The notes below the pieces were generated by a model. That model ran no database searches. It had not been told where the DNA came from and saw nothing but the letters and a program-made list of their open reading frames with translations. The position numbers were made by a program, and so were the translations under genes. Below are positions 25,234 to 38,690 of a DNA stretch of 64,000 nucleotides, in pieces. The stretch spans positions 39,680,001 to 39,744,000 of the forward strand of contig NC_082715.1 in the NCBI RefSeq assembly GCF_030144855.1, in the 5' to 3' direction. The DNA comes from Hypanus sabinus (taxonomy: Eukaryota). The first letter of the stretch is position 1. The number at the start of each line of letters is the position of its first letter.

Positions 25234-25589
25234 TGCTGTATTCACTCATTTGGTCTCACCATATCAGAGATACTACCTTTGTTCGACCCATCCCTCCCCA
25301 CTTCTCTGCTACTGAAAATTGTTTCCCCTCTTTCCCATTTTTGGTCAAGTTACATCTTCCACAGATGCTGCCTGCCCTGCTAATTTTTTTCCAGCATCTT
25401 CTGTGTATCTTTCAGATTTCCAACAAGCATATTAGAGCTGTGTTCTGTAACTGGCCTAATAATCCACAGACCAGAGCTGAAACCCAGAGCAGCACTGAAA
25501 GTTCAATTCACCTAATAATCTGCACTGAACAAAAAAAAGAACTTATTATTGGTAATGTGAATGGCAGAATTATTGAATTGTCGTAAAAC

Positions 25590-26392
25590 CAGATTGAAAA
25601 GGTCAGGACGGTGGAACGAGAGGAGAGGTAAACTCAACGTCACCTTGCTCACTTTGAAAGGGAGAACACAACTACAGCTGTGAAGATCCCCGCTGTACCT
25701 AATGACCCTGTGATCTCTGTCTCGGAGGCTGATGTTCGTCTGTCTTTAAAAAGAGTGAACCCTCGCAAGGCGGAAAGTCCCGATGGAGTACCTGGTAAGG
25801 CTCTGAAAACTTGTGCCTACTAACTGGCGGAATATTCAAGGACACTTTCAACCTCTCACTGCTATGGGCAGAAGTTCCCACTTGTTTCAAAAAGGCAACA
25901 ATTATACCAGTGCTTAACAAGAATAATGTGAGCTGCCTTAATGACTATCGCTCGGTAGCACTCACATCGACAGTGATGAAATGCTTTGAGAGGTTGGTCA
26001 TGACTAGACTGAACAGCCTCAGCAAGGACCTGGACCATTTGCAATTTGCCTATCGCCACAATAGGTCAACGGCAGACACAATCTCAATGGCTCTCCACAT
26101 GGCTTTAGACCACCTGGACAACACAAACACCTATGTCAGGATACTGTTCATCGACTATAGCTCAGCATTTAATACCATCATTCCCACAATCCTGATTAAG
26201 AAGTTGCAGAACCTGGGCCTCTGTATGTATCTCTGCAATTGGATTCTCGATTTCCTAACCAGAAGACCACAATCTGGGTGGATTGGTGATAACATCTCCT
26301 CCTCGCTGACGATCAACACTGGTGCACCTCAGGGGTGTGTGCTTAGCCCACTGCTCTACTCTCGCTATACCCATGACTGTGTGGCTATGTAT
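25590..26392 (+). mobile_element. Rex1/Babar LINE RT fragment
   Basis: ORF 25811..26479: [60 protein letters not shown]. Confidence 0.95.
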
Positions 26393-27874
26393 ATCCCCTT
26401 CTCAAACACCACCTCATTCACATTAAGAAACTGTGCCAATCTGGTTAGTGCTATCATTTGGGCTGCCATTGCCTGTTGAGGACACACTGAATGTTGGCCC
26501 TCCACTTTTCAATACATGAAGCTCTAAATGTTGTGTTTAGCCTCTATATGTTGCATTTACTCTCAGTTTGCCTTTGGGAGACACTTAAACAATCTATTGT
26601 ATTCAGCCTCTGGAATTATAAACAAAGCTGACCTGCTATCCAGCTCCATTTTCACTTTTACACCAGACACAACTGTTGTGATCCATATTATATTGTGATC
26701 TGCTTCAGTAACTCTATGCAGTTCTAGGCATGACAGCTCCCCTTTGTCAGACTCTATGTTGTCTGATTCTGTTTTACATTCAGTAAATTCATGCATTTGC
26801 TTGGTTTTGTGTTTGAGACTTTTCACTCAGTTGCACCTTGCACACTCTCTCTATGTGACCTTGTCTGTGACACTTCCTGCAGACTTTTACGTTGAACCAA
26901 CAATCATTTGCATCACGGATGATTTACCACGTTGCTAACATTTTTGGCTTTTTGCACCATTCAGGGACATTTTGTGTGTTTCACATCCTAACCTCCTTTT
27001 CTGTAGTTCAGCTATGTCCTTTGCTGAAGTTTCTAACGATATTGCAATGGTCAATGCACGTACCTGGATTAGGTCTCTTTCTGTCAGTAGCCTTGTTTGA
27101 GTGTTTTGATTATGTACGCCACATAAAAGCCCGTCCCTTAATGTTTCAGAAAGTCCGTCTCTGAAGTCACAGTACTGGGAAAGTTTACACAATTCTGCAA
27201 TGTATTCAGGAAGGCTTTCAGCTTTTGACTGGTTCCTTTCGTAAAATCTAAATCTCTCAGCTATTACCAACAGTTTAGGGCCCATTGATTTTGTAGAATT
27301 GTAACAATTTCATCGAACGTCTTTCTTGCTTGCTCTTCAGGGCTCTCCAGGTTGCATAAGAGACTGTGGTTCCTTGCACCCGTAAAAGGGGCTTTCTTCT
27401 CCTCCTCCATGTTGTTCGCGTTACAATACAGTTTCACATCGGTGATATACAACTCCCAGCCTTCATCAAGTTCATCAACTTTTCCAAATGAAGCCATCAA
27501 CACAATATTTTCACTTTAAGTTCAGCATGTCTTTCACTGTTACTGTGCACTGTGCTTAACACATTTATTAGCCTCTCTGATGGCCTTCTCGTGCCGTTTA
27601 ACTGTCGTCGTTTCGTCCCGTAACTGTCAGTACAGTTGGTGATATTTTCTGACACTCGGGCTCGTACTCATCACCAAGTTGTTGTGTCTGTGCACAACTA
27701 CATGTCAATTAAATAAAAGCACTCACGCGGGAGGCGGCTTTAACTTGTGCATTTGCATTGCAGCAAGTGAGAGGAAGAGAACAATGTGTTTTTGCAGACA
27801 ACAGATCAATATGTAATGCTCAATGTGGGGTGGGGGTGGTTATTGCTCTAAAAGCAATAGATCCATACATTACA
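26393..27874 (-). mobile_element. Gypsy (Mag-like) LTR retrotransposon 5' half: LTR, PBS, gag, protease
   Basis: Gag frames 27264..27503 and 26935..27285 (VIAERFRFYERNQ...LRDGLLCG); protease KMELDSRSA; LTR 27680-27874 bounded TG...CA; TGGTGATGAG PBS-like at 27667-27676. Confidence 0.8.
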
Positions 27875-28369
27875 GATCCCAGACTCATTTGTTTGGTTGA
27901 CTCAAATGTTGACTCAAAGGATTGAAAGCTCCTCAGTTCAAAGGCAAAAAGGGAGGATCAATAAATCCTAGATTCTGAAAAATGAATAATTTAGTCTCCT
28001 GGCCCGCAAGGTATTCACTGGCTGGAGAGAATGAAATGAGTTCAGCTCAGTACATCTTATGAAGGGCAAGTGGTGACATTGATTGCTGCCAGCTAAGCAG
28101 TACTTCTCCAAAGCTGGGGTTACTTTTCATTCAGAACTAACTTCATAAAGCACAAGTTCAGAATTGCATCTCAAATGGTTGAGCTGGCCTCCCAGTGAGA
28201 TTCCTCCTTCCTGTCCACCAGCTGTCCGTTCTGTTCTCTGTGCTCTGTTGTCATTATTTTAGTCACGCAAACTCCAAGGGAAATGTCTACAAAGACATGC
28301 ATGCTTGGGTGAAACTGATTGGCATGAAGTCTCATCAATGACTTCAAGTGCCTGCCCAACCAACAGGAC

Positions 28370-28597
28370 TGAAATATGCCTTTTGATTTTGTGCTGCACA
28401 TTCTGTTTTCACTCGGTTTTTTGTCAAAGTTTGCCCAATTTTTTTGCACACAGGGGAAGGGGTGGTGGTGGTTGATGTTTTTTCGTTTGAGCGGATTGGT
28501 TCCATAGTTGTCATTCCTTTGTGACTGTCTGTGGGGAATTTTAGGGTTGTATACTGCATACATAATTTGATAATAAATGTACTGTGAATCTTTGAAA
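28370..28597 (+). mobile_element. Rex1-type 3' UTR fragment
   Basis: ttagggttgtatactgcatacataatttgataataaatgtactgtgaatctttgaa tail. Confidence 0.5.
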
Positions 28598-29440
28598 CCA
28601 ATCTCTATACCCATGAGTACCACAAAAAATACTCATAACTGTTTAATTCTAACAACAGCCAGTAACAATCAGACATCAACTTACCTAAGTCGCATTAGTA
28701 GGAAGGCCTTCCCACTAATAAGTGTTCTGCTGTGCAACATCAAGAGAGGGTCTGAACTGGAGAATATGGGGTGAGCTGTGTTGATATCAAACATGCAATG
28801 CGTGCTCTTCGTGTCAGAATCTGCCTTCTCTGCATCCCTTTAGCAAGTGACAGCATCACTGACTCAACCCTCTTAAAGTATGGTGTTCATAGTGACCATG
28901 CTTCAAATCTGCATAATGGCACTTCAGTAAACATATTGGAATCAAGGTTCTGAATAGAACCTTGTGTTTAAAGTAATCATTTATTATCGTGTTATTTAAA
29001 TGTTCCCCATAATAATTTGTCCTGTCTTTGCCTCAAAGAGACCCACCTTTATTTCATTCAGGATTTCATTATGGCCGTCTTCAAGGATTAAATTTATCTG
29101 ACCATGTTGCTGAAAATCATCCTCTTGATGAGCAATAAATTGTATTTTCTAAATTGCTAACTTCATTTGAGATTACTTGGTTCTGCTCTTTCAGTGGTTT
29201 ATTCCAATATGTGTCTTCAACTAAATACAGACAGAATTGCAATTTTAATTAAAAATGTACATTTCCTCAAAGTTTATAAAATATAAAACTGCATTCTATA
29301 TATTCTTTCATAGTATTTTCATCCAAGCATTATTGTTTCAAGTTTACTTCATTTAAGTTAGCCTATAATTCCTTCCAAAATTGGAAGTCTTCATTGGAAA
29401 AGCAGTACTTTAAGTGATTAATATTACTATAAGCCACATA

Positions 29441-31007
29441 CAGTGGTGTGAGAAAGTTTGTGAACCCTGTAGGATTTTCACTATTCCTGCATAAATATGA
29501 CCTAAAATGTGATCAGCTTTTCATATAAGTCCTAAAACTAGATAAAGAGAACCTAATTAAATACATAACACAAAAACGTTATACTTGTTCATTTATTGAG
29601 AAAAATGATCCAATATTACATGTATTTGTTGGAAAAATATGTGCACTTTTGATTTCAGTAATTAATGTGGCCTCCTTGCACAGCAATAACTTCAACCAGA
29701 CCTTTCCAGTAACTGTTTATCAGTCTTGCATATCAGTTTGGAGGGATTTTAAGCCATTTCTCCTTACAAAATTATTTCAACACTGGGATGTTCGTGAACT
29801 TTCCTTGCTTGAACTGGTTGCTTCAGGTCCTTCCACAGCATTTCTATAGGATTGAGGTCATGACTTTGACTCGGCCATTCCAAAACACAAATTTTCTTCT
29901 TTTTAAACAATTTGGTTGTGAATTTACTCTTGTCTTTCAGATCATTGTCTTGTTCCAGTATCGAACTTTTATTAAGCTCCGGGTGACAGACTACTACCCT
30001 GACATTCTCCTATAAATGTTTTGATACTATTTTGAATTCATTGTTCCCTCAACGATTGCAAGCTGTCCAGGCCCTGAGGCAGCAAAGCAGCCCCAAACCA
30101 TAATGCTCCTTCCACCACACTTCACAGTTGGGATGAGGTTTTGGTGTTGGTGTGCAGTGCCCTCTTTCCTCCAAACATAGCAATGTGCATTTTTGCTAAA
30201 AAGTTCAACTTTTGTCTCATCTGTCCACAAAATATTGTCCTAGAAGCATTGTAGAATGTTCAGGTGGACCTTTGAAAACTTGAAACGTGTAACACTGCTT
30301 TTTTTTTAGAGAGCAGTGGTTTCCTTCGTGGTGTCCTTCCATGAACACCACTTTTGTTCAGTGTTTTTCTTATAGTGGACACATGAACAGAGACTTCAGC
30401 AATTTCTGGAGATTTCTGCAGGTCTTTCTTACCCTTGGGTTCTTTTTCACCTCCTTCAGCATTGCACGTTGTGCTCTTGGTGTGATCTTTGCAGGGCACC
30501 CACTCCTAGGGGAAGTAGCAACAATACTGAGTTTCCTCCATTTGTGGAGAGATTCTCTACTCTGGACTGATGAACACTCAGGTCTTTAGCATTTTCTAGC
30601 TTCATGTATCTCTACAATTCTTCTAAGGTCCTCTGAAAGTTATTTTGATCAAGGCATGGTGCACATAACAGATCTTTCTTGAGAAGAGCAGGCTCTGTCA
30701 GTAAGCTGACTTTGAGTGTCTTTTTAGGGCAGGGCACCTCTCCAACCCACACCTCCAGTGACTCCAAATAGCTTTTGTAGAAGGCTTTACCCCAGAGGTT
30801 CACATACTTATTCCAACAAATACATGTCATATTGGATCATTTTTCTCAATAAATAATTGAGCAAGTATAATGTTTTGTGTTATTTATTTAATTGAGTTTT
30901 CTTTATCTAGTTTAAGGACTTGTGTGAAGACCTGATCACATTTCAGGTCATATTTATGCCGAAATAGAGAAAATTCTATAGGGTTCACAAACTTTCTAGC
31001 ACCACTG
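29441..31007 (-). mobile_element. Full-length Tc1 DNA transposon with decayed transposase
   Basis: TIRs of about 200 bp starting CAGTGGTG; TA TSD at 29439-29440 and 31008-31009; frames GRTPRRKPLL and WTDETKVELF...PTVKCGGRSIMVWGCF. Confidence 0.95.
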
Positions 31008-31094
31008 TACATGTGTATTTTTCAGTTAATATAAAGTAGTTTTCAACTTCGACTTTGCATTGAAAACTACACTTTTGGGGTCAATTCAAAATAT

Positions 31095-32450
31095 TTCAAA
31101 GTTCAAAATTAATGCCACCATATATAACCCTGAGATTTATTGCCTTGAGGGCATCCAGAGTAAGTGCAGAAACACAATGGAATCAGAGAAAGACCACAGC
31201 CAACAGGACCGGCAAACAACAAATGCGCAAAGAACAACAAACTGTGCAATACCAAAGAGACAAAATACATCATAACAATAAGTAAGTAGGCAGTAAGTAT
31301 CAAGAACATGTGATAATGAGTCCTAGAGTGTGGGAGCAGTTCAGTGAAGCTGAGTGAAAATATCCCCTCTGGTTGAAGGGTAATAACTTCCTGAACCTGA
31401 TGGTGTGAGTCCTGAGACTCCTGTACCTTCTTCCTGATGGCGGCAGCAAGATGAGAGCATGGTCTGGATGGTGGGGATCCTTGATAATGGATACTGCTTT
31501 CCTGCCACAGCTTTCCATGTAGATGTGCTCAATGATGTTCAGTTTTGCCTGTGATGGGCTGGTCCATATCCACTACCTTCTGTAAGGTTTCCAATTCAAG
31601 TCCGAGATGCAACCAGTCAAAAGTGGACTTGCATGCTAGGCCCAGGACAGATCTGCTGAAATGATAATAATGAGGTATTTAAAGTTGCTGACCCTCTCCA
31701 CCTCTAATTGCCCAATGAGGACTGGCTCATGGACCTCTGGTTTCCTCCTCTTGAAGTCAACGATCATCTTCTTAGTCTTGCTGTCATTGACTGACAGGCT
31801 ATTGTTGTGGCACCACTCAGCTAGGTTTTCAGTCTCCCTCCTGTATGCTGATTCGTCATCATCTTTAATTCAGCCAACAACAGCGGTGTTGTCAGCAAAG
31901 TTACAGTAAATAAGACACTGGAACTGTGCTTAACTCACAGTCATAAGAGTAAAGCGAGTAGAGCAGAGGGCTAAGCACACAGCCTAATGGTGCATCTGTG
32001 CTGATGGAGATCGTGGAGATGTTGTTGCCAATCCGAACTGACCGGGGTCTGTACGTGAGGAAATCAAGGATCCAATTGCACATGGAAGTGTTGAGTCCAA
32101 GGTCTTGAAATTTATTGATGAGTTTTGAGGGTATGATAGCATTGAATGCCAAGCTGTAGTCAATGAAGAGCATCCTGACATATGCATCTTTGCTGTCCAG
32201 ATGTTCCAGGGTTGAGTGAAGAGCCTATGCAATGGCCTCTGCAGTGGACCTGTTGTGACAGTACGCAGAATGGAGTGGATCCAAGTCACCTCTCAGGTAG
32301 GAGTTCATCATCAATCTCTCACAGTGGATGTAAGTGGTTGATAGTCATTGAGGCAGGTTACCAGATTCTTGTTAGGTACCAGTATAATTGAAGCCTGCTT
32401 AAAGCAGATGGATACCGCTGTCTGCCAAAGTGAGAGATTACCAATATGTC
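31095..32450 (-). mobile_element. Rex1/Babar LINE, RT to 3' tail
   Basis: [14 protein letters not shown]...CNWILDFL...[12 protein letters not shown]; LPPSGRRYRSLR. Confidence 0.9.
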
Positions 32451-32994
32451 AGTAAATTGTAGTTAATTGTCTCCTTAAACAATGAGGATGCATGCAAAGG
32501 CAGAGCCAGTTCGAGGGATGAGCTGTGCTGGGATGTTGCAGAATTGGTGCAGATGGTGTGAGCCATTCAGAGAGGAGAAGCTGAGGCAGAGGAGTTTCGA
32601 AGCCTGTACAACTGGCTCGGGTGCAAGGTTGGATGGCTCTGGGCCCAAGCCAATTTGGAAACATTGAGAGCGGCTTCAGGCTGGGCAGCGAAATCTGGGC
32701 CCGAGCGAGTCATTGGGCGGTATGTTCTAGGCCCAGAGCCTTTCGTTGTAGCAGTGCCTGTGTCCCAGCGCAGTTTAAATGCCTAGATATACTGGAAAAG
32801 CAGGATGTCAGGATCAGAAGCAAGAGAAGAATTCACTTGCTCTCCTGTGATGTACACTCTTCTCTCCATGGGGCTCAGGCTATGAAGACTGCCCCCAGCT
32901 GCTGTACATTGAGCCCACAAATATGATGGCTGATACTATAGGCTTTGGGCCTACTCCAAGCTGCTCTGGGACTCATCAGCTAATAACTCATTAG

Positions 32995-33849
32995 GGGTTC
33001 TATTCAAAAAGTTCAAGAGAATATCTAAACAAGCCTGATGTATTTTGGAAACAAGTCCTGTGGACTGATGAAGTTAAAATAGAACTTTTTGGCCACAATG
33101 AGCAAAGGTATGTTTGGAGAAAAAGGGTGTAGAATTTCATGAAAAGAACACCTCTCCAACTGTTAAGCACAGGGTTGGATCGATCATGCTTTGGGCTTGT
33201 GGTGTAGCCAGTGGCACGGGGAACATTTCACTGGTAGAGGGAAGAATGAATTCAATTAAATACCAGCAAACTCTGAAAGCAAACATCACACAATTTGTAA
33301 AAAAGCTGAAGGTGAAAAGAGGATGGCTTCTACAACAGGATAATGATCCTAAACACACCTCAAAATCCACAATGGACCACCTCAAGAGGTGCAAGCTGAA
33401 GGTTTTGTCATGGCCCTCACAGTCCCCCGACCTAATCATCGAAAATCTGTGGATAGTCCTCAAAAGAGCAGTGCATGCAAGGCAGCCCAAGAATCTCACA
33501 GAACTAGAAGCCTTTTGATAGGAAGAATGGGCGAAAATCCCCCAGACAAGAACTGAAAGACTCTTAGCTGGCTACAAAAAGTGTTTACAAGCTGTGATAT
33601 TTGCCAAAGGGGGTGTTACTAAGTACAGACCACGCAGGGTGCCCAAACTTTTGCTTTGGGCCCTTTTCCTTTCTTGTTATTTTGAAACTGTAAAAGATGG
33701 AAATAAATAAGTAATCTTGCTTTAAGATATTAAAGAGATGTATCATCTTTAACTTTATGCCTTCTGGAAATCAGGTCTTCTTTTACTCACTTAGCTATTC
33801 ACAGTAACAGGTATTTTGACCAGGGTGCCAATACTTTTGCATGCCACTG
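32995..33849 (+). mobile_element. 5'-truncated Tc1 (second family): catalytic domain and right TIR
   Basis: WTDE, QQDNDPKH, SPDLIIENLW; inner and outer direct repeats gggtgcc(c/a)a(a/t)acttttgc near 33637 and 33823; end CACTG followed by TA. Confidence 0.92.
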
Positions 33850-34859
33850 TATGTTAACTACACAACAATGGGTAAAGATTTTTCACAGTATACATTTCCC
33901 TCTCTTAAATCAGCAAGGTGTTGATGGTTGATGATCTATGATTTCTGATGATGAACAGATCTGAAATGTAACTTGAATTGTCTTCAAACATACTGACAGG
34001 ACTGTTGGGTGTTTTGGAATTCTTGCTTTAGATTTCCGCATTTCCTTTCATTCTATTTTATCAATACTGCTTGATTTGTTCTCTCTCTTGCAGGAAGAAA
34101 TGTTTTGAAAGCTTTGTGTTCTTAGAATCATAGGGACTTTATTCTGATTTTGCACAAGTATGCACTTGTCAAGATCTACTTTCATAAGATTTAATGAGAT
34201 GTAATGAGGAGGTATTTACATAGGTTCCTTCTGATTGACATTTTAAATTTAATGAACAACCCTATTTCTCCAGAGGTTCCAGGAGTTTGCCATAATAACG
34301 TTCTCAGTAGGCTCAAATTCGCAGCAAATGCTTCTGGTTCTAATTCATTCTGCGTGGATTTTAATTGAAGTTTTTTTTTGTTCCATTTTTATTCACATTT
34401 ACCAGTCAGTGGAAACTTTTCTGACTTTCAATTCCATTCTGGTTTCAGGCAATCTACAATGATTTTTTGTGTGTGTATTCTCAAATTTTAAGCAACTGCA
34501 TTGGCTGAACCCTTGGTTTTCCATTACGCATGATCCTTCCTGCCATCTGTGATATACCCAAAAAAGTTTTGTACTTTCCTTTTAGTTGAGAAGATTGGAA
34601 AATTGAGCATTTATTGTATGCAGACTAAACCACCATTTTCCTCTGGCCTTGGACTCTTGTAATCTCACATCCAGTCAGTGTTCTTCAGTTGTGACCCAAG
34701 GTTCCTTAGCCTGGAGAGTGCTGCCATGTATCCCAAAAATGTCCTTCATTTGCCGATGATGGCACCTGCACTGCTATACCTGTCTTAAGATGTTTATTTA
34801 ATGCAATCAGTTTCTCAGAAGCACAAGTTGCCAAGTTCTCCCAAGTTCTCACCACAACT

Positions 34860-35252
34860 AGAAAGTAGAAGATTGAGAGATTTGATAGAGGCATACAAAA
34901 TTATGAGGGGTATAGCAAGGGTAAATGCAAGCAGGCTTTTTCCACTGAGGTTGGGTGGGATGACAACCAGAGGTCAGGGGTTAAGGGTGAAAGGGGAAAA
35001 GTTTAGGGGGAACATGAAGGAAAACTTCTTCACTCAGAGGGTTGTGAGAGTGTGGAATGATCTGCCAGCACAAGTGGTGCATGTGAGCTTGATTTCAACA
35101 ACTAAGCAAAGTTTGGATAGCCATATGGAATATAGGAATATGGAAGGCTATGGTCCCGGTGCAGGCTGATGGGAGTAGGCAGTTTAAATGGTTTTGGCAT
35201 GGACTGGATGACCAAAGGGCTGTCTTCCCTGCGATACTTTTCTATGACTCTA
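34860..35252 (+). mobile_element. CR1 3' fragment
   Basis: RRLRDLIEAYKIMRG...FFTQRVVRVWNDLP; tail ttctatgactcta. Confidence 0.9.
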
Positions 35253-35710
35253 ACTGATCACAAGCTTGTTAAGGCTTTGTTTAATCTGCTGTTGCCATTA
35301 TTACTTCACTTCCTAGACCCTTTTTAACATCAGGAGAATCCTTCTCTCTAAATCTGGTCTTTGCAGCAGACGGCAAGTAAGAGCAAAAACTGAACCTGCT
35401 ATTTCAGGTGATGATTGGGGGTGGGAGAGCTTGAAGTTCCTTCTCCAGAACTACCATGGGATCCTTAACACTCAGCAAAACAGAGTTAAAGATCAGCTTT
35501 AGTTGTCACATATACACATATATCAAGCACTCAGAGTAAGTAGAATGAAATGCATCAACGACCAACACAGTCCGAGGATGAGCTGAGGGTGGGCAGCTAA
35601 TGTCATCATGCTTCTGGCATCAACCTAGCATGTCCACAACTTAATAAACCTGACTTGTATGTCTTTGCAACGTGGGAGGAACACAGAGCACCTCGAGGTA
35701 ACTCGCACAG

Positions 35711-37130
35711 TCAGAATCAGATTTACTATCACCGGCACATGTCATGAAATTCGTTTATTTGACAGCAACAGTACAATGAAATACATGATAAATAAATATA
35801 GAGGAAAAAACTCAGTTACATTAAGTATGTATATATATATATGTCTATTAAATAGTTAAAATAAGTAGTGCAGAAAAAAAACTGAATACAAAAGTAGTGA
35901 GATAGTGTTCATGGGTTCAATGTCCATTTACAAATCAGATGTCAGATAGGAGGAAGCTGTTCCTGAATCACTGAGTGTGTGCCTTCAGGCTTCTGTACCT
36001 CCTTCCCAATGGTAGCAATCTGAAGAGGACATGTTGTGGGTGGTGGGGGTTCTTAATAATGGATGCTGCCTTCCTAAAGCACCGCTCCTTGAAGTTTTCT
36101 TGGATACTATGAAGGCTAGTACCCATGATGGAGCTGACTCATTTTACAAGTTTCAGCAACTTATTTCAATCTTGTGCAGTGGCCCACTCCCCCCCCTCCA
36201 TACCAGACAGTGATGCAGCCAGTCAGAATGCTCTCCATGACAAATTTGTAGAAGTTTTCAAGTGTTTTTAATTGACAAACCAAATCTCCTCTAACTCCAA
36301 ATTAAATATAAGCACTGTCTTGCCTTCTTTATAGCTGCATCAATATGTTGCATCCAGTTTAGATCCTCAGAGATATTGACACCCAGGAACCTGAAATTAG
36401 AACATTAGAAAGTTTTTGATAAGAACAGACCATTTGGCTCAAGAAACTTTGCCAAATTCCTATTCACATAGTGTGTTGAAAAAACTATCGAGTTTAGATT
36501 TGAAATTCTCTAAGGTACTCCTCTCAACTACACAACTGGTAGTTTGTTCCATATGTACATAACTCACTCTGTAAAGAAAAGCTTCCTGATATTAGTCTGA
36601 AATCTTTCTTTAACTGGTCTCCACCTATGGTGCTTGATGATGGATTAATTTTGAAGTAGAAGCTGGCATCCATCTTACTTGTACCCTTAATGATACTGAA
36701 CACTTCTATCATGTCACCTCTCATTCTATGTCTACTTATGGTAAACAGATTTAATTCTTTCAATCTTGAAATTTCTGACACTCCCCACTGCTGATCCCTC
36801 TATGAGGATTGGTTGGTGTTCTTTCATCTTACCCTTCCTGAAGTCCATAAGTCCACAGTTCTTTGGTCTTGCTGATGTTGTTGCTGCGACACCACTCAAC
36901 TAACTGGTATATCTTGCTCCTTCATGCCCTTTCGTCACCATCTGAAATAATGGTTTTATCATTAGCAACTTTATAAATGGCATTTGAGCAAACTTGAGCC
37001 ACACTGTCATGGGGGTAGAGATAGAAGGGCAGTGGGAAGTGTTGATTGTCAGAGAGGTGGAGATGTTATTTCCAATGTGCACAGATTGTGGTCTTCTGGT
37101 TTGGAAGTTGAGGATCCAGTTGCAGAGGGA
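35711..37130 (-). mobile_element. Rex1/Babar 3' part inserted in the SINE
   Basis: IGNNISTSLTINT frame; LPLGRRYRSLK-type end; tcagaatcag tail. Confidence 0.85.
36399..36766 (-). mobile_element. CR1-group 3' fragment inserted in the Rex1
   Basis: RLKELNLFTISRHRMRGDMIEVFSII; TSD TGAAATT at 36392-36398 and 36767-36773. Confidence 0.85.
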
Positions 37131-38124
37131 AGAATGTACAAGCTCCTTACAGACAGTGGTAGGAATTGAACCCTGATCTCCCGATCAATGTTGCCATAAA
37201 GTGTTACTCCAACCAATATGAAACTGTGCAGGTGTTGATTTATGGCTTCAGCGTGATAGTACTTCTCATGCAGTAGCTGTTTATAATACAACACATCAAT
37301 ATTATGCTGTGTGGAGCAGTCAGGATAAATTATGAGTTGATTTCCGCAATGGGAACTGACTCAAAACAGAGAGTACTTCTGATGGAGTTAAGCTAAAACT
37401 TGAATATCTTAAAGTATGGGCATTTTCATATAACATTTCTGTTTGATATTGCTTTGTGACTTTGTTGAGGGAGCAAAATCTGCTTTGCCACTTCCCATTT
37501 TGGTTTCACTTCATCTTCAGCCTGCTCTAAATGCAGCACCACTGAATGAAGATTCAATTGTGCAGTGATGCATTAACGCCTTCCAAGTGTTCTGCAGACT
37601 TGATTTATTCTATGTTCGTCAACAATGTGCACAGGGCTTTTCCCTGAACAGCACCATTCAAAAAGACAAGTTTGCATTATTAACCCTTTCAGTACAATGA
37701 ACGGTACCAGGCCACCAATGGGTTTATTTATCGTTGATGGCATATCATGGTCTGGATGCGATTTCCCAGTCTAAAATCAATCCTGTGGCTTCTGTAATGC
37801 AAGCATTTGAACTCAATATACTGATAAGCAGATAAATTTACTTTGAGAGGGAATCATAAGCTAATTGTTCAGTGTGTCGTTTTATCTTTGGTTTCATTTC
37901 GAATGTGGACAAGAGAAGCAAGACCATCAAAAAGGAAGGGATAAAGAACACTAGGGTAAATGCAGATAAAAGTCTGTGAAATTAGTGACAAATATATTGA
38001 GGGTCCTGCCCGGGATGTTGAGGGGCTGCAACAGGGAACTCCTTAGCAAGGACAAGTGTTTGAAGAGTCAGTTAGGGAGCACCTTGGGTTCAGTGACCAT
38101 AATTCTATGAGTTTGTAAAAAAAA

Positions 38125-38690
38125 AACTAAATGGGTAAATTGGTTTAATAGTGTTGTATGTAGTGAGGTACAGAAAAAAACTTTGTTTCGCATGCCATCC
38201 TTACAGATCATTTCATCACATCAGTGCAATAACAGAATGCAGAATAAAGTATTACAGTTATCAAGAAAGTGTGGTGCAGGTAGGTAACAATTGACCATGA
38301 GGTCCAGAGTTTATCTTATCATACCAGGGGATTGTTCAATACCCGTGGGATAGAAGTTTGTCCTTGAGGCTGGTGGCATGTGCTTTTGTATCCGTCATCC
38401 AAATGGTGGGTGAGTTTCTTGGTTCTGCTGACTGCAATACTGAGCTAGTGAGAAGGGTGGACAATGTCTCTGGAAGGGTGGCTGAGCTGTATCCACGACT
38501 CTCTGCAGTTTCTTACAGTCATGGCAGAGCAGTTGCCATATCAAGCCACGATGCACCTGGGAAGGATGCTTTCTATGGTACATCTGTAAGAAAAAAATTG
38601 GTAAGAGTCCAGGGGGACGAGTGAAATTCCTTTAGCCTCCTGAGGAATTTTAGGCACTGGCGCACTTTTTTGGACATGGTGTCCAGTAGT
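38125..38690 (-). mobile_element. Rex1/Babar 3' fragment nested in CR1
   Basis: DCKKLQRVVDTAQ frame (38395..38583) and a Rex1-type UTR. Confidence 0.75.

Larger units (their letters stand above)
35488..37230 (-). mobile_element. V-domain SINE with Rex1-like tail, split in two (35488-35713 and 37127-37230)
   Basis: The two pieces together match the reverse complement of the SINE at 5863-6188. Confidence 0.7.

Noticed and set aside
25440-25590. Possible old SINE remnant
   Set aside because: Too decayed to assign or bound
27960-28160. Possible Deu-domain SINE remnant
   Set aside because: Only short words match from memory; not supportable
34075-34140. Strong splice-acceptor-like tract (ctctctcttgcag)
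   Set aside because: No convincing open frame or donor downstream
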